Positions 31,101 through 40,622 of a stretch of DNA of 64,000 bases are shown here, piece by piece; the stretch's first letter is position 1; each line of letters begins with the position of its first letter. The notes below the pieces were generated by a model that was not told the origin of the DNA, ran no database searches, and saw only the letters and a list, made by a program, of their open reading frames with translations. Source of the DNA: an uncultured Pseudomonadota bacterium (GTDB taxonomy: Bacteria; Bdellovibrionota_C; UBA2361; CALMIO01); the NCBI GenBank assembly GCA_937864035.1, contig CALMIO010000002.1, positions 243,877 to 307,876 on the forward strand, read 5' to 3'. Made by a program: the position numbers and the translations under genes.

Positions 31101-33439
31101 GTTAGTTCGGGCAGATCGGAAAATAAATCGCCGCAATCAGAAACGGTGGTTGCCAAAAGATCCGCGGCATTTTTGTTGCGAATAAAGCATTCTAGAACCT
31201 TTCCCGAAAAACGCTTCCCGAGGCAAACCTCGCAGGTTAAATAAACATCTGCTAAAAATTGCATCTCTTCCACTAAATAGCCGGCGCCTTTGCAGGTCGC
31301 GCAACGACCGCGGTCGACGTTAAATGAAAAATGTGATTTTGTTAGTTTCCTAAGTTTGGCATCAGGAGAATTGGCGAGTTGGTTTCGTAAAACCTCCCAG
31401 ATTCCAGAATAAGTGGCGATGTTTGAGCGCGGGCTTTTAGCAAGAGAAGTTTGATCAACAAAAAGGATTTCATCAAAAGAATCTTTGCCGAAAATTTGTT
31501 CGCAGGAACCAGGGGAACTTTGAAAAATAACCTCTTTTACTAAGGTGCTTTTTCCGCTTCCGGAAACGCCGCTTATCGCGATCAACTTGGCGGCAGGAAT
31601 GTCAAGATCGAAACCTTTTAAATTACGAGCTCGTGCAGATTTTATGCTAATAGCGATCTTTGCCTTTTCCGAGTTCTCAACACCTTTTTCTGTTTCAAAA
31701 AAGGGCAATTGAAATTTGTTTGATTCTCCAAAATAAACGAGCGAGCCGCCATTGTTTCCAGCTCCGGGACCAATTTCTAGAACATTATCGGCGTTTTTTA
31801 GATATTCCAAATCATGTTCAACTATCAACACGGAATTTCCTTGATCTCTCAGGTCGTTTATAGCGGAGATTAAATTTTTCGTATCCCGCGAGTGCAAGCC
31901 AACAGAAGGCTCATCTAAAACAAACTGAGAAGAAACAATTCCACCGGAAATTGCGGCGGCGAGATTTAGGCGTTGAGTTTCGCCGCCAGATAAGGTGCGA
32001 GCTTGTCGGTCAAGGGTTAAATAACCCAAACCAAGTTTTAATAGATAATCGAGGCGCGACAAAAGATTTTGAAAAACTCCTGTCAGCTCTTTGGGAAAAG
32101 TGGAGAGAAGTAATGCTTTTTGATATTGCGAATCAAACCACGGTTTTAGCTCTTTTATCTGTAGCCTCCAAAGATCGGCGATAGACAATCCGCCAAGCCG
32201 ATAAGCAAGAGCGCTTCGCTTTAATCTTGAACCCTCACAACTCTTACACAAAACCTGAGAGCGATATTTTGAGAGAAAAATTCGCACATGAGTTTTGTAA
32301 CTTTTTTTCTCTAGTTTTTTAAACCAGTGATTTAAGCCAACGTATTCTCTGCTTTTGTGATTTAAAATTAAATCTTTTTGCTCTTGTTTAAGCTTTTTCC
32401 AAGGAGTTTTTAAATTTATTCCTTTAGTTTCACAAAAATTCAACAACCTGCGCCTAAAAATTTTCATTGACGCGCCCGCCCAAGGATGAATAGCGTTTTC
32501 TTCGATCGAAAGATCTTGATTTGGCGCTACCTTGCTCGGATCGATCTCGAGATTAAAACCGAAGCCTTTACACTCTTGGCAGGCGCCATACGGATGATTA
32601 AAGGAAAAAAGAGATGGCTTGGGAGCATCTATTGTTATATCGGAACAACCGCAACTTGGGATTTTGTTGTAGTTTATAACATCTATTTTCGGACCGGTAG
32701 CGCCCTCTGTTTGCGCCACCAAACTAGCCTTTCCGCCAGAAATAGAAAAAGCCGCCTCAACGCTTTCGGCGACTCGCTCTATTTTAAGAGTTTTTTTAGT
32801 TAATCTATCTAGCAAGATCAGAAGATAATCTTGTTCTTTCAAAAATGCGGGGCTTAACTCAGAAAGGTTGAGCAGGTTGCAATTTTTTTGATTTAGAACC
32901 CTTTCATAGCCAAAAAGAATTAACCTTTCAACCTCTTCAACAGGATTTTTTTTCTTAAGATTAAAGTTTGAGCATATATAAAAGATCGCACTTGGAGATC
33001 TTTCAAAAAGTTCAAAGATTTCTCTGGCGATTTTATCGCTGGTCCAATAAGAAAGCTGATTGCCGCAATTGGAACAAAATGGAGCTGCTAAGTTTGACCA
33101 GATGATTTTCAAGTAATCATCAATATTGCTTAAGGTGCCAACGCTCGATCTTGAGCTGGTAATTTTGGTTTTTTGCCTGATGGCGATCGCAGGGCGGACA
33201 TTTTTGATCGAATCAACATTTGGTCTTTTGACCTTCTCAAAAAATTGTCTTGTATAAGGAGAGAATGTTTCCACATAGCGCCGTTGACCTTCGGCATAAA
33301 CCGTATCAAAAGCTAGCGACGATTTGCCGGATCCGGAAACTCCGGTAACAACCGTCATTTGATCGTGAGGAATATCTATAGAGAGATCTTTTAGATTATG
33401 CTCTCTCGCCCCTTTAATTTCTAAATAGCGGCTTTTCAA
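28157..33439 (-). CDS. uvrA: Tandem-duplicated UvrA (two complete UvrA units fused, 1760 aa, four ABC ATPase modules)
   Basis: Four Walker A sites (GVSGSGKSS, GVSGSGKST, GVSGSGKST, GVSGAGKSS). UvrA N-terminal signature appears twice (EHNLKDLSIDIP...YAEGQRRYVETFSPYTRQF near aa 10-65 and EHNLKNIDIKIP...YAEGQRRYLETLSPYARQF near aa 940). Multiple CxxC zinc modules. Confidence 0.9.
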   Translation of the reverse strand: MKSRYLEIKGAREHNLKDLSIDIPHDQMTVVTGVSGSGKSSLAFDTVYAEGQRRYVETFSPYTRQFFEKVKRPNVDSIKNVRPAIAIRQKTKITSSRSSVGTLSNIDDYLKIIWSNLAAPFCSNCGNQLSYWTSDKIAREIFELFERSPSAIFYICSNFNLKKKNPVEEVERLILFGYERVLNQKNCNLLNLSELSPAFLKEQDYLLILLDRLTKKTLKIERVAESVEAAFSISGGKASLVAQTEGATGPKIDVINYNKIPSCGCSDITIDAPKPSLFSFNHPYGACQECKGFGFNLEIDPSKVAPNQDLSIEENAIHPWAGASMKIFRRRLLNFCETKGINLKTPWKKLKQEQKDLILNHKSREYVGLNHWFKKLEKKSYKTHVRIFLSKYRSQVLCKSCEGSRLKRSALAYRLGGLSIADLWRLQIKELKPWFDSQYQKALLLSTFPKELTGVFQNLLSRLDYLLKLGLGYLTLDRQARTLSGGETQRLNLAAAISGGIVSSQFVLDEPSVGLHSRDTKNLISAINDLRDQGNSVLIVEHDLEYLKNADNVLEIGPGAGNNGGSLVYFGESNKFQLPFFETEKGVENSEKAKIAISIKSARARNLKGFDLDIPAAKLIAISGVSGSGKSTLVKEVIFQSSPGSCEQIFGKDSFDEILFVDQTSLAKSPRSNIATYSGIWEVLRNQLANSPDAKLRKLTKSHFSFNVDRGRCATCKGAGYLVEEMQFLADVYLTCEVCLGKRFSGKVLECFIRNKNAADLLATTVSDCGDLFSDLPELTKITSVLEKLGLGHLTLGHPLSELSGGESQRLKLAPFIVEAEKEKALLIFDEPTTGLHRKDVARLVRLFRELTDRGQSIICVEHNLDLIASADWIIDLGPEGGSEGGELIKVGTPNDFISGELNPRSYTQIALKERSKLDDQTNKIIQKNFKKDGSFAEISIFGAKEHNLKNIDIKIPLYKLVALTGVSGSGKSTIAKDIIYAEGQRRYLETLSPYARQFVSELKKPDILDISGVPPTVCVYQHTFQPSKLSTVGTMSEAYNYLRLLYAKCGLQHCPDHPASKISDLSAEEIAAEIKTSYNKSIRIMAPIVSGKKGKHNEIIKRAIDEGYDEIQIDRILFCSPNSALDSLDRNKQHWIKYVIGKLNPANIPSDLLIECVNKALALGEGALEIFSDNNSYLYSAKRSCSECGRGFSKPDPEDLSFISRRGACPSCSGSGFEETGAFCKFCGGARLKREALCLTINGLNIAEAASKTPPEMLGFLKSINLKSFPKLEKLAPVIISECERRLETLIKLGLSYLPLDRSARQLSSGELQRLRIASAIGSPLTGTFYIFDEPSAGLHPLENRLTLAALRELVEQGNSVLMIEHDLESIRAADYVIDVGPGGGKNGGKIIYNGDSKNFKVAEALSFNNIEVEASEKKFLTKWLTVKNARLNNLKSLDLKIPLQYVVVVAGVSGAGKSSLVNGTIAETICSKYGKEKKWLSPYGEITSDLEIIGVKTVDQSPIGGTSRSTPASYLGIWDHIRKIFANTLEAKARGFSPSYFSFNAGEGRCQICKGLGEIKLEMSFLADAVMICETCGGSRYGELAKIPKFEGLSVDQILGLTFEEAKNLFVSYKNIHRVVLAVCELGLGYLTLGQPSNSLSGGESQRIKLAEQLAIENASNTLFILDEPTTGLHNSDVAKLMAFLKKLASSGNTIIMIEHNEIALANADWIIELGPKSGEEGGKIVFQGESRKLLEAKTAWGGFLKESLLRLGSEKAL

Positions 33440-33526
33440 AATTATGTGGTTTTAAAATTTTAAGGAATCTAAAAATAACAATTATATATTATGATATATT
33501 GCCGTAATAAGAACAAACAAACTTTT

Positions 33527-34534
33527 TTAAGTTTTATATGTTAATTTACCATCAACATATACTGCTAAGGGAGAAAAATCCGCGCCCAAAATAACTTTAT
33601 CGCCAACAATAGTTTTTTTTATTCCTAAAAGAGATGCTTGGTTTAATGAGGTGATCAGCTTGAGTTGCTCAAGGGTGGGAGAGATAAGTTCAAAAAATTT
33701 TTTAACGGCGAGATTATAAGGCAAAACACTACCCGCTAACTTTCCATTTTTTAAAACGGCCGCTGAAGATCCTTTTTGAACAAAAACTTTTTGATCACCA
33801 AGAAAAAAACTTTTGCTTTTAGCTCCCATACCTGCAAGAGCGTCACTTACTAGCATTAACCTTCTGCCAGCAATTTTTGCCAAAAGCTTAATATTAGCTT
33901 CGTGCAAATGAACCCCGTCGCAAATAAAGCCTATTTTGGTGTTTTTGCTAAACAACGCGGCAAGTACAGGACCGGGCGCGCGCCCACAAATTGGAGGCAT
34001 GCCATTAAAGAGATGAGTTGCCAATGAAACTCCATTTTTAAAGGCGGCAGAAGCTATTTCGAAACTCGCTTCAGAATGTCCTAGCGATACGATTATTCCA
34101 TTTGCTTTTAAAATTGAAATTGCTTCAGCGGCATTTTTAAGTTCGGGAGCAAGCGTGACCATCGCCACCCCCTTGGAACGAGACCATTTTTTGATGAGTT
34201 TTAAGTTTATTTTTGAAACTTTTTCTTTTTGATGGGCGCCAATTCTGTTGGGGTTAAAAAAAGGACCCTCAAAATGCCACCCTAGAACGCGAGCCGCTTT
34301 GTCTGGTTTCTTAAGTTTTATTTTTTCAAAAACTTTCAGAGCCTTTTCGTAGGTGTCGATCGTTGAAGAGACTATGGTTGGCAAAAAAGAGGTTACGCCG
34401 TAACGCGGTAAAAGTTTTGCCACCGCCTCGATTGATTCTGGTTCGGTCGTGAAATCATAACCAAAACCACCGTTTAATTGGAGATCTATAAATCCGGGAA
34501 GACTAAAGATTTGATTCGTTTTCTTGAGAAACAT
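33527..34534 (-). CDS. NagA-like amidohydrolase (N-acetylglucosamine-6-phosphate deacetylase family), N-terminally about 45 aa shorter than canonical
   Basis: GFIDLQLNGGFGYDF matches the E. coli-type NagA motif GFIDVQLNGCGG, followed by GWHFEGPFFN. Starts 3 nt after the upstream IDO-like gene stop. Confidence 0.65.
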   Translation of the reverse strand: MFLKKTNQIFSLPGFIDLQLNGGFGYDFTTEPESIEAVAKLLPRYGVTSFLPTIVSSTIDTYEKALKVFEKIKLKKPDKAARVLGWHFEGPFFNPNRIGAHQKEKVSKINLKLIKKWSRSKGVAMVTLAPELKNAAEAISILKANGIIVSLGHSEASFEIASAAFKNGVSLATHLFNGMPPICGRAPGPVLAALFSKNTKIGFICDGVHLHEANIKLLAKIAGRRLMLVSDALAGMGAKSKSFFLGDQKVFVQKGSSAAVLKNGKLAGSVLPYNLAVKKFFELISPTLEQLKLITSLNQASLLGIKKTIVGDKVILGADFSPLAVYVDGKLTYKT

Positions 34535-34537
34535 TGT

Positions 34538-35722
34538 TTAACTGATTATGTGAGCAAGAGTTTCATCTCGATGCTTTTCGAGATATTTAACAAAAGGCGT
34601 TCCGCCAGTTCCGACTTTATTTGGGTTGCTGGCGGTTTTTTCTGATTGAGAGTGTATATAAGAAACGGCGTATTCTAAGTGCAGGGATCTAAATTTCTCA
34701 ACCCAGCCAACGCATTTGTTGTAATTGGTCAAAGCGTTGCCGGCTTCGTTGCGGGCATTAAGAATGGCTTCTCGAATATTTGGTAGATTTTCTAAAACTT
34801 CGATAAATTTTTTGTGAGCGGGAGGCATATAGCTTCGCATCTCTAAAAGATATTGTTTTAAAAGATCATTTTGGTGATTTATTCCGAGCGCGGCGTCAAG
34901 CGCCGGAATAATCGAACTTTGCGCTCCAGTTTCGCCGCGAAATTTTTGAGGTTTGTTGCCATATTCTTCGACCCCCTCGTAAATTAAGCCGTCGGGCAGA
35001 GCAGGATGATTACTCCAGCCGTGAATATAGGGGCGAACTCTGTTGTAGTATATGTATGGATCGCACTTTTCTGGCATCCTTAAGAGGGTAGTATGAATAT
35101 TTTCGAGAGCTCCGGCTATGACGGCTAGCGTTGCCGAAGCGGCAGCGAAATCTTTGGCTTTGGCTTGCGCTGAAAGGTTTAAAAGTTGGTTTATTGCCCA
35201 CGAAGCTCGGGCTTCAATCTCTATGTGGATTGTCACGAACCAATCTTCGTCTTGACCTCCTAAAAAATTTTGCCTAAGCCCCAAATTTTCGACGGATATT
35301 TCAAGGTTATTATCAACAAGTCTCCAATTATTAAGCGCATAGGAAGCGTAAGAGAGCACGGGCGGTCTGCCTAATAAAGAACCAATTTTATGCCAAGGAA
35401 CTGCCAAGGAGGCTGGAATTGATCCCGGAATTTTTTTCTCTCCCCAAACATAGGCATGACCCAAAAATGAAAGGATCATAAAGGCGCGTTCGCGCTCGGC
35501 TCGCGAATTTAACTTTTCAACTGGCAACTTTTTAAGTTTGGCGATTTTTTGTTTTACTTGATCGCAAAGTAAGAGCTTTGGGAGTTCAGCGCCGAGTTCA
35601 TCGACAATCTCCCATTCTTTAGAAAGCTTTGACAGCGGCTCCGTGTTAGGCAAAAAGCCGTTATTTGGATCTATTTCAAAGTCGGCGTTTGAATATTTAT
35701 TTTCGTTTGGTATAGAATTCAT
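34538..35722 (-). CDS. Indoleamine 2,3-dioxygenase (IDO) family heme dioxygenase homolog
   Basis: Three blocks match animal IDO1: FRGETGAQSS (IDO1 FAGGSAGQSS), EMRSYMPPAHKKF (IDO1 DMRRYMPPAHRNF, includes the proximal heme His) and VGTGGTPFVKYLEK (IDO1 KGTGGTDLMNFLK). 394 aa. Confidence 0.75.
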   Translation of the reverse strand: MNSIPNENKYSNADFEIDPNNGFLPNTEPLSKLSKEWEIVDELGAELPKLLLCDQVKQKIAKLKKLPVEKLNSRAERERAFMILSFLGHAYVWGEKKIPGSIPASLAVPWHKIGSLLGRPPVLSYASYALNNWRLVDNNLEISVENLGLRQNFLGGQDEDWFVTIHIEIEARASWAINQLLNLSAQAKAKDFAAASATLAVIAGALENIHTTLLRMPEKCDPYIYYNRVRPYIHGWSNHPALPDGLIYEGVEEYGNKPQKFRGETGAQSSIIPALDAALGINHQNDLLKQYLLEMRSYMPPAHKKFIEVLENLPNIREAILNARNEAGNALTNYNKCVGWVEKFRSLHLEYAVSYIHSQSEKTASNPNKVGTGGTPFVKYLEKHRDETLAHIIS

Positions 35723-35785
35723 GCTAATTTTAAATAATCAATCGCTATTAACGTTAATTATGTTTATATCTTTTTCGAGCGTTGT

Positions 35786-36658
35786 ATGAAAGGAATAATT
35801 CTTGCCGGCGGATCTGGCACAAGGCTTTATCCGATTACCAAGGCTGTTAGCAAACAGCTCTTGCCAATATATGACAAACCAATGATTTATTATCCGCTTT
35901 CAACCCTAATGTTGGCTGGAATCAGGGACATTCTTGTTATTACTACCCCACAAGATGCCGAGAGTTTTAAAAGACTTTTAGGAGATGGCGCTCAGATTGG
36001 TATTGATATTAGTTATGCCGAGCAACCTTCCCCGGACGGACTTGCCCAAGCTTTTATTATTGGAGAGCGTTTTGTCGGCAACTCCAACGTGGCCTTGGCT
36101 TTGGGTGACAATATATTTTTTGGGCAAGGGCTTGGTGAGTCTTTGCAAAGAGCAAAATCGAAAAAAAATGGGGCAACTGTTTTTGCTTATCAAGTTGCCG
36201 ATCCAGAACGTTACGGCGTAGTCGAGTTTGACGCGGAGGGGCGAGCCGTTCAAATAGAAGAAAAACCAAAGGCTCCTCGTTCAAATTTCGCAGTGACAGG
36301 ACTTTATTTTTATGACAACGAGGTTGTTGCTTATGCCAAAAGCCTTAAACCGTCGGCGCGTGGTGAGTTAGAGATTACTGACATTAACAAAATTTATTTA
36401 GAGAAGGGTTCATTACAGGTTGAAAAACTTGATCGCGGCACTGCTTGGCTTGATACCGGCACCTATGAATCGCTGATGCAGGCGGGGCATTTTATTCAGA
36501 CAATTCAGGAGCGTCAAGGATTAATGGTTGCTTGCTTGGAAGAGATCGCCTTTCAAGCAGGCTACATAGATAAAGATCAATTAGAAAAGATTGGTTTGAA
36601 GATGAAAAATAATAGCTATGGCAAATATCTCCTAAAACTAGCACAAGATGAGCTTTAA
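35786..36658 (+). CDS. rmlA: Glucose-1-phosphate thymidylyltransferase
   Basis: [39 protein letters not shown] is near-identical to the RmlA N-terminal consensus. 290 aa. Confidence 0.88.
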   Translation: MKGIILAGGSGTRLYPITKAVSKQLLPIYDKPMIYYPLSTLMLAGIRDILVITTPQDAESFKRLLGDGAQIGIDISYAEQPSPDGLAQAFIIGERFVGNSNVALALGDNIFFGQGLGESLQRAKSKKNGATVFAYQVADPERYGVVEFDAEGRAVQIEEKPKAPRSNFAVTGLYFYDNEVVAYAKSLKPSARGELEITDINKIYLEKGSLQVEKLDRGTAWLDTGTYESLMQAGHFIQTIQERQGLMVACLEEIAFQAGYIDKDQLEKIGLKMKNNSYGKYLLKLAQDEL

Positions 36659-37898
36659 TCAAATTTTCAGAAAAGCCAACTTAAAGTTGCCCCTCCTTTT
36701 AACCCTTTTCTTTATTGTAATTACAAATGCTCTTTTTGTTAGTTGTTGGGTTGTTGCTGAAAATTTTGACAATAAAAAAGATCCTTCTGGAGATAATTTT
36801 TTAAAAAAAACTTCTCCTAGTGGTTGCGAATTGGTTTCAGAAACTTTAACTAACGTTGTTGCAGTCCGTGGGCTTGTTTCAAAAGAGCTGGTTGCTTGCT
36901 CTGTGTACTCAAAAAAAGAGGTAGAAAAGTATATTAGAGACACCCTTAATGAACAATTACCTCCTGAGAAACTTCGCCATGAAGAGATAGCGTTAAAAGC
37001 TTTGGGGCTTTTGCCGGAAGAATATAACTATAAAGATGGTTTGATAAGTTTATATTTATCTCAACTTGGAGCTCTTTATGATCCTCGCAAGAAACAATTT
37101 ATTATGGTTGATTGGTTGCCTAGTTTGTTGCAGGCGCCAGTCGTGGCTCACGAGTTGACTCATGCTTTGCAGGATCAACATTTTCGTCTTGATAAGTTGA
37201 TCGATCCAAAGATCGAAAACGGAGATCTGTTGTTGGCAAGGCTTAGCTTGGCAGAAGGAGATGCGACCGCTTTGATGTATGATTTTTCATTCTCAGGGTT
37301 GCTTGGCGGGAAAAAAGTAGCCGATCTTGCCGAAGTAGATGGTCTAGTTGGGCAAATGCAACTTTCTAGCAGAATAATTTCGGGTCTTTCGGGAGTTCCT
37401 AAATTTTTGCAAAGATTGTTATTATTTCCTTATAGCGCTGGTTTTAAATTTGTTCATTTTTACCTTAAAAGGGGAGGTTATGCCGAAATTGATAAGATAT
37501 TTCAAGATCCCCCTATAACTACGGCGCAGATAATCCATCCAGCAAGTTATTTAAAAAAAGAGCGTACAGGTAAAAAAATAGAGTTAAATCTTAGCGGCGG
37601 CGCAAAGATTATTTATTCCGATGTTTTGGGGGAATTTGTTTTAAGAGAATTTTTAGAGACTTTTTCTATTGCGGAACACGTTATAGATTCGATAGCTTCA
37701 AAGTGGCAAGGGGATTTGATGGCAATTGTTCAAGAAAATCAAACGAATAATCTAAAAATTATCTGGTTGGTTTCTTATGGAGATCGAGAGAGCGCCAAAA
37801 AGTTTAAGGATCTTTTTAATCTTCCCTCTTTAGGGAAAAAATTTAGCGTTACTTTTGGGAGCGATGATCATTTGGTGCGCATCTCCAAAGAGCTTTAG
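36648..37898 (+). CDS. Putative secreted or membrane-anchored zinc metallopeptidase (HEXXH)
   Basis: N-terminal hydrophobic segment and [15 protein letters not shown] (HExxH) motif. Overlaps rmlA by 11 nt, suggesting co-transcription. Confidence 0.45.
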   Translation: MSFNQIFRKANLKLPLLLTLFFIVITNALFVSCWVVAENFDNKKDPSGDNFLKKTSPSGCELVSETLTNVVAVRGLVSKELVACSVYSKKEVEKYIRDTLNEQLPPEKLRHEEIALKALGLLPEEYNYKDGLISLYLSQLGALYDPRKKQFIMVDWLPSLLQAPVVAHELTHALQDQHFRLDKLIDPKIENGDLLLARLSLAEGDATALMYDFSFSGLLGGKKVADLAEVDGLVGQMQLSSRIISGLSGVPKFLQRLLLFPYSAGFKFVHFYLKRGGYAEIDKIFQDPPITTAQIIHPASYLKKERTGKKIELNLSGGAKIIYSDVLGEFVLREFLETFSIAEHVIDSIASKWQGDLMAIVQENQTNNLKIIWLVSYGDRESAKKFKDLFNLPSLGKKFSVTFGSDDHLVRISKEL

Positions 37899-37924
37899 CG
37901 CAAGCTTCGTTTATAATTAGCTTT

Positions 37925-38356
37925 TTACCCAAAGATTTTTTTTGCCAAATCGCTAGCGAGTTTGGAGTCGTATTTTCCGGAGTGTTTTTCTTTAAGAAGC
38001 TTCATTGCCGCCCCTAGCGAACCAGCCTGACCAGATTCTTTAAGGGTAGTTAAAATTTCGGTTAATTTTTCTTCGGAAAACTGCTCTGGTAGGAGATTGG
38101 CAATAATATCGATCTCTTTTGTTAAATTCTCTTTTAGTTCGAGCCGTCCAGCTTGAACCGCAAAATCAAGCTCTTCTTTTCTTTTGTTAAGCTCTCTACG
38201 GATAACCGCGATAGAATCTTCTTCTGAAAGATCGGAGACTTTTTTTTGCATCTCTTCGTATTGAATCGCTGAAAGCAGTAATCTTAAAGTGTTAAGGGTT
38301 GTTTGCCTTTTCTCTTTAAGAGCTGTTTTAAGTTGCTCTTGTAGTTTGTTTTTCAT
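37925..38356 (-). CDS. GatB/YqeY domain protein
   Basis: 143 aa, C-terminal GSLGAAMKLLKEKHSGKYDSKLASDLAKKI typical of YqeY. Confidence 0.7.
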   Translation of the reverse strand: MKNKLQEQLKTALKEKRQTTLNTLRLLLSAIQYEEMQKKVSDLSEEDSIAVIRRELNKRKEELDFAVQAGRLELKENLTKEIDIIANLLPEQFSEEKLTEILTTLKESGQAGSLGAAMKLLKEKHSGKYDSKLASDLAKKIFG

Positions 38357-38457
38357 TTAAGAAAGATATAAAATCATTAAAAAATTAAGTTAACTAACCA
38401 TTAAAACACGAGACTTGCTTCAAAGCTAGCAAGATTCGAAGCAATTTTAAAAGATCA

Positions 38458-39267
38458 ATGTCCAAATTTGTCCACTCTTTGGTTGTTTTTTGCTTTATTT
38501 TTATTGTTGCGCAAGCAACCGCCTTTCAGTCGATTGCACTTGAAAAGCCTCAGATTGATGTCGGGGTTGAAAATAAAATCGGCGATCAGATAGATTTGAC
38601 AATTCAATTTTACAACCATTTGGGAGAAAAAAAATCGCTTAAAGAGCTGATTTTGCCAGATCGTCCGGCTATTTTGGTTCCCGTTTATTATCAGTGTCCT
38701 CGCCTTTGCGGGCTCCTGCTTTCTGGTGTTTCTCAACTTTTAACAACTTTAGAGCTAGAACTCGGAAAAGATTATTCAGTAATAACGGTCAGTTTTAACG
38801 ATAAAGAAGGTACAGATCTAGCGAGAAAGAGGAGAGAAGAGTATACTAATCTTTTAAAAAAAGAGATTAAATTAAGCGCTACGCAACCGCTAGATAGCTG
38901 GCATTTTTTAGCGGGAGATCTTTCCGCTATTAATAGTTTGATGCGGCAGATTGGATTTAATTTCAAACCCGACTCAGAAGAGTTCGTACACACGGCTGTT
39001 TTGATTTTGTTGACTCCTGACGGTAAAATTGCAAGATATGTCTCAGGTGTTAAGTTTACTCCGTGGGATGTTAAGCTTGGACTCATCGAAGCTTCGCAAG
39101 GGAAGGTTGGCACTTGGTTTGATCAAGCTTTTTTAACCTGCTTTCGTTACGATCATATTAAGGGTAAGTATGTTTGGTTTATTGATAATGTTTTAAAACT
39201 TGGAGGAGCGCTTACGTTACTTTTGGTGATGGGAGTAGTTTATTTTTCGCTTAAGGTTAGAAAATAA
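38458..39267 (+). CDS. SCO1/SenC copper chaperone for cytochrome c oxidase assembly
   Basis: Signal/anchor N-terminus, thioredoxin-fold CPRLC (CxxxC) motif and conserved His block FVHTAVLILLTPDGKIARY. Immediately upstream of coxB. Confidence 0.75.
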   Translation: MSKFVHSLVVFCFIFIVAQATAFQSIALEKPQIDVGVENKIGDQIDLTIQFYNHLGEKKSLKELILPDRPAILVPVYYQCPRLCGLLLSGVSQLLTTLELELGKDYSVITVSFNDKEGTDLARKRREEYTNLLKKEIKLSATQPLDSWHFLAGDLSAINSLMRQIGFNFKPDSEEFVHTAVLILLTPDGKIARYVSGVKFTPWDVKLGLIEASQGKVGTWFDQAFLTCFRYDHIKGKYVWFIDNVLKLGGALTLLLVMGVVYFSLKVRK

Positions 39268-39308
39268 AGAGTTTGTACAGTGAGTTTTAAAATTATTTAA
39301 TTGCTTAG

Positions 39309-40604
39309 ATGTTTAGATTTCTTCCGGAGCAGGCATCAAATCATGCCGCCAAAGTAGATTGGCTTAATAACTTAATAACCGATATTTCAGTTGCCTGTAT
39401 TGTGGCGATCTGCGGAGCAATGCTTTACTTTGCTTTTCGTTATCGCAAACAAGGCAACTCCGATCAAGAAACTCCGCACATAGAAGGAAGTAATTTTTTG
39501 GAGATTGTTTGGACGGCGTTTCCAACTCTGGTTTGTGTTTATGTTGCGTATTATGGTGTTGTATATTTTGCCGACATGCGAGAGGTTCCGAATGAAGAGC
39601 TTGAGGTGATGGCGGAGGGCCAAAAGTGGAAATGGGACTTTAAATATTCAAATGGCAAAAAAACAACCGGAGAGTTGGTTGTTCCGGTTGGTAAACCGAT
39701 TAAGGTTTTAATGACCTCAACGGATGTGTTGCACAGCTTTTTTATTCCGGCAATGAGGGTTAAAGCAGATGTTATACCAGAACGTTACACTTACGTTTAT
39801 TTTGAGCCGCTAAAAACGGGAGATTATCATATATTTTGCACAGAATATTGTGGCACCGAGCATTCTGGCATGCGTGCTCGTCTAAAGGTTGTTTCCGAAG
39901 CTGAGTTTAATAGATGGCTCGAAGATGATAGCGATCTTTTAAGGTTATCTCGACTAAAGCCAGCTGATATAGGAGCGGAGCTTTATGTAAAAAGTGGCTG
40001 TAATGCTTGTCATTCTTTGGATGGTTCGAGGTTGGTGGGTCCATCGTTTTTAAAACTTTATAATTCGGCGCGAGAATTTGCTGATGGCAGTAAAATTGAC
40101 AAAGCTGACGAAAATTATATTAAAGAGTCAGTTATCAATCCAAACGCTAAAGTTGTTAAAGGCTTTAGCCCAAATTTAATGCCGAGTTTTGATGGTCAGC
40201 TTAATGCCGATCAAATCGGAGCAATTATTGAATTTATTAAAACGCTTGATGGATCGAGCAAGGCGATTGTTAGTGGAGGAACAACCTCTTCTAATGTTGA
40301 TAGAGCCAAGCTTTCTCCTAAAGAACGAGGGGAGCTATTGTACAAGGAGAAAATCTGTATCTCCTGTCACTCGCTTGATGGTTCAAAAGTAATAGGACCT
40401 AGTTTTAAAGGCTTGTGGGAGAGATCTGGAAAACTCGTTGGAGGAGGCTCTTATAAAGCTGATGCTGATTATATTAAGCGTTCAATTTTGGAACCACAAG
40501 CAGAAGTTGTCGAGGGCTATCCGCCGGCAATGCCAAGTTATCAAGGACAGCTTTCGGATGACGAAATCGGAGACATCATAGAGTTTATTAAGAGCGTGAA
40601 ATAA
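39309..40604 (+). CDS. coxB: Cytochrome c oxidase subunit II with C-terminal di-heme cytochrome c extension (caa3-type)
   Basis: CuA site HSFFIPAMRVKADV...HIFCTEYCGTEHSGM, then two CXXCH motifs (CNACH, CISCH) each followed by LDGS(R/K)xxGPSF. Confidence 0.88.
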   Translation: MFRFLPEQASNHAAKVDWLNNLITDISVACIVAICGAMLYFAFRYRKQGNSDQETPHIEGSNFLEIVWTAFPTLVCVYVAYYGVVYFADMREVPNEELEVMAEGQKWKWDFKYSNGKKTTGELVVPVGKPIKVLMTSTDVLHSFFIPAMRVKADVIPERYTYVYFEPLKTGDYHIFCTEYCGTEHSGMRARLKVVSEAEFNRWLEDDSDLLRLSRLKPADIGAELYVKSGCNACHSLDGSRLVGPSFLKLYNSAREFADGSKIDKADENYIKESVINPNAKVVKGFSPNLMPSFDGQLNADQIGAIIEFIKTLDGSSKAIVSGGTTSSNVDRAKLSPKERGELLYKEKICISCHSLDGSKVIGPSFKGLWERSGKLVGGGSYKADADYIKRSILEPQAEVVEGYPPAMPSYQGQLSDDEIGDIIEFIKSVK

Positions 40605-40622
40605 TTTTATTTCTAAATTTTT

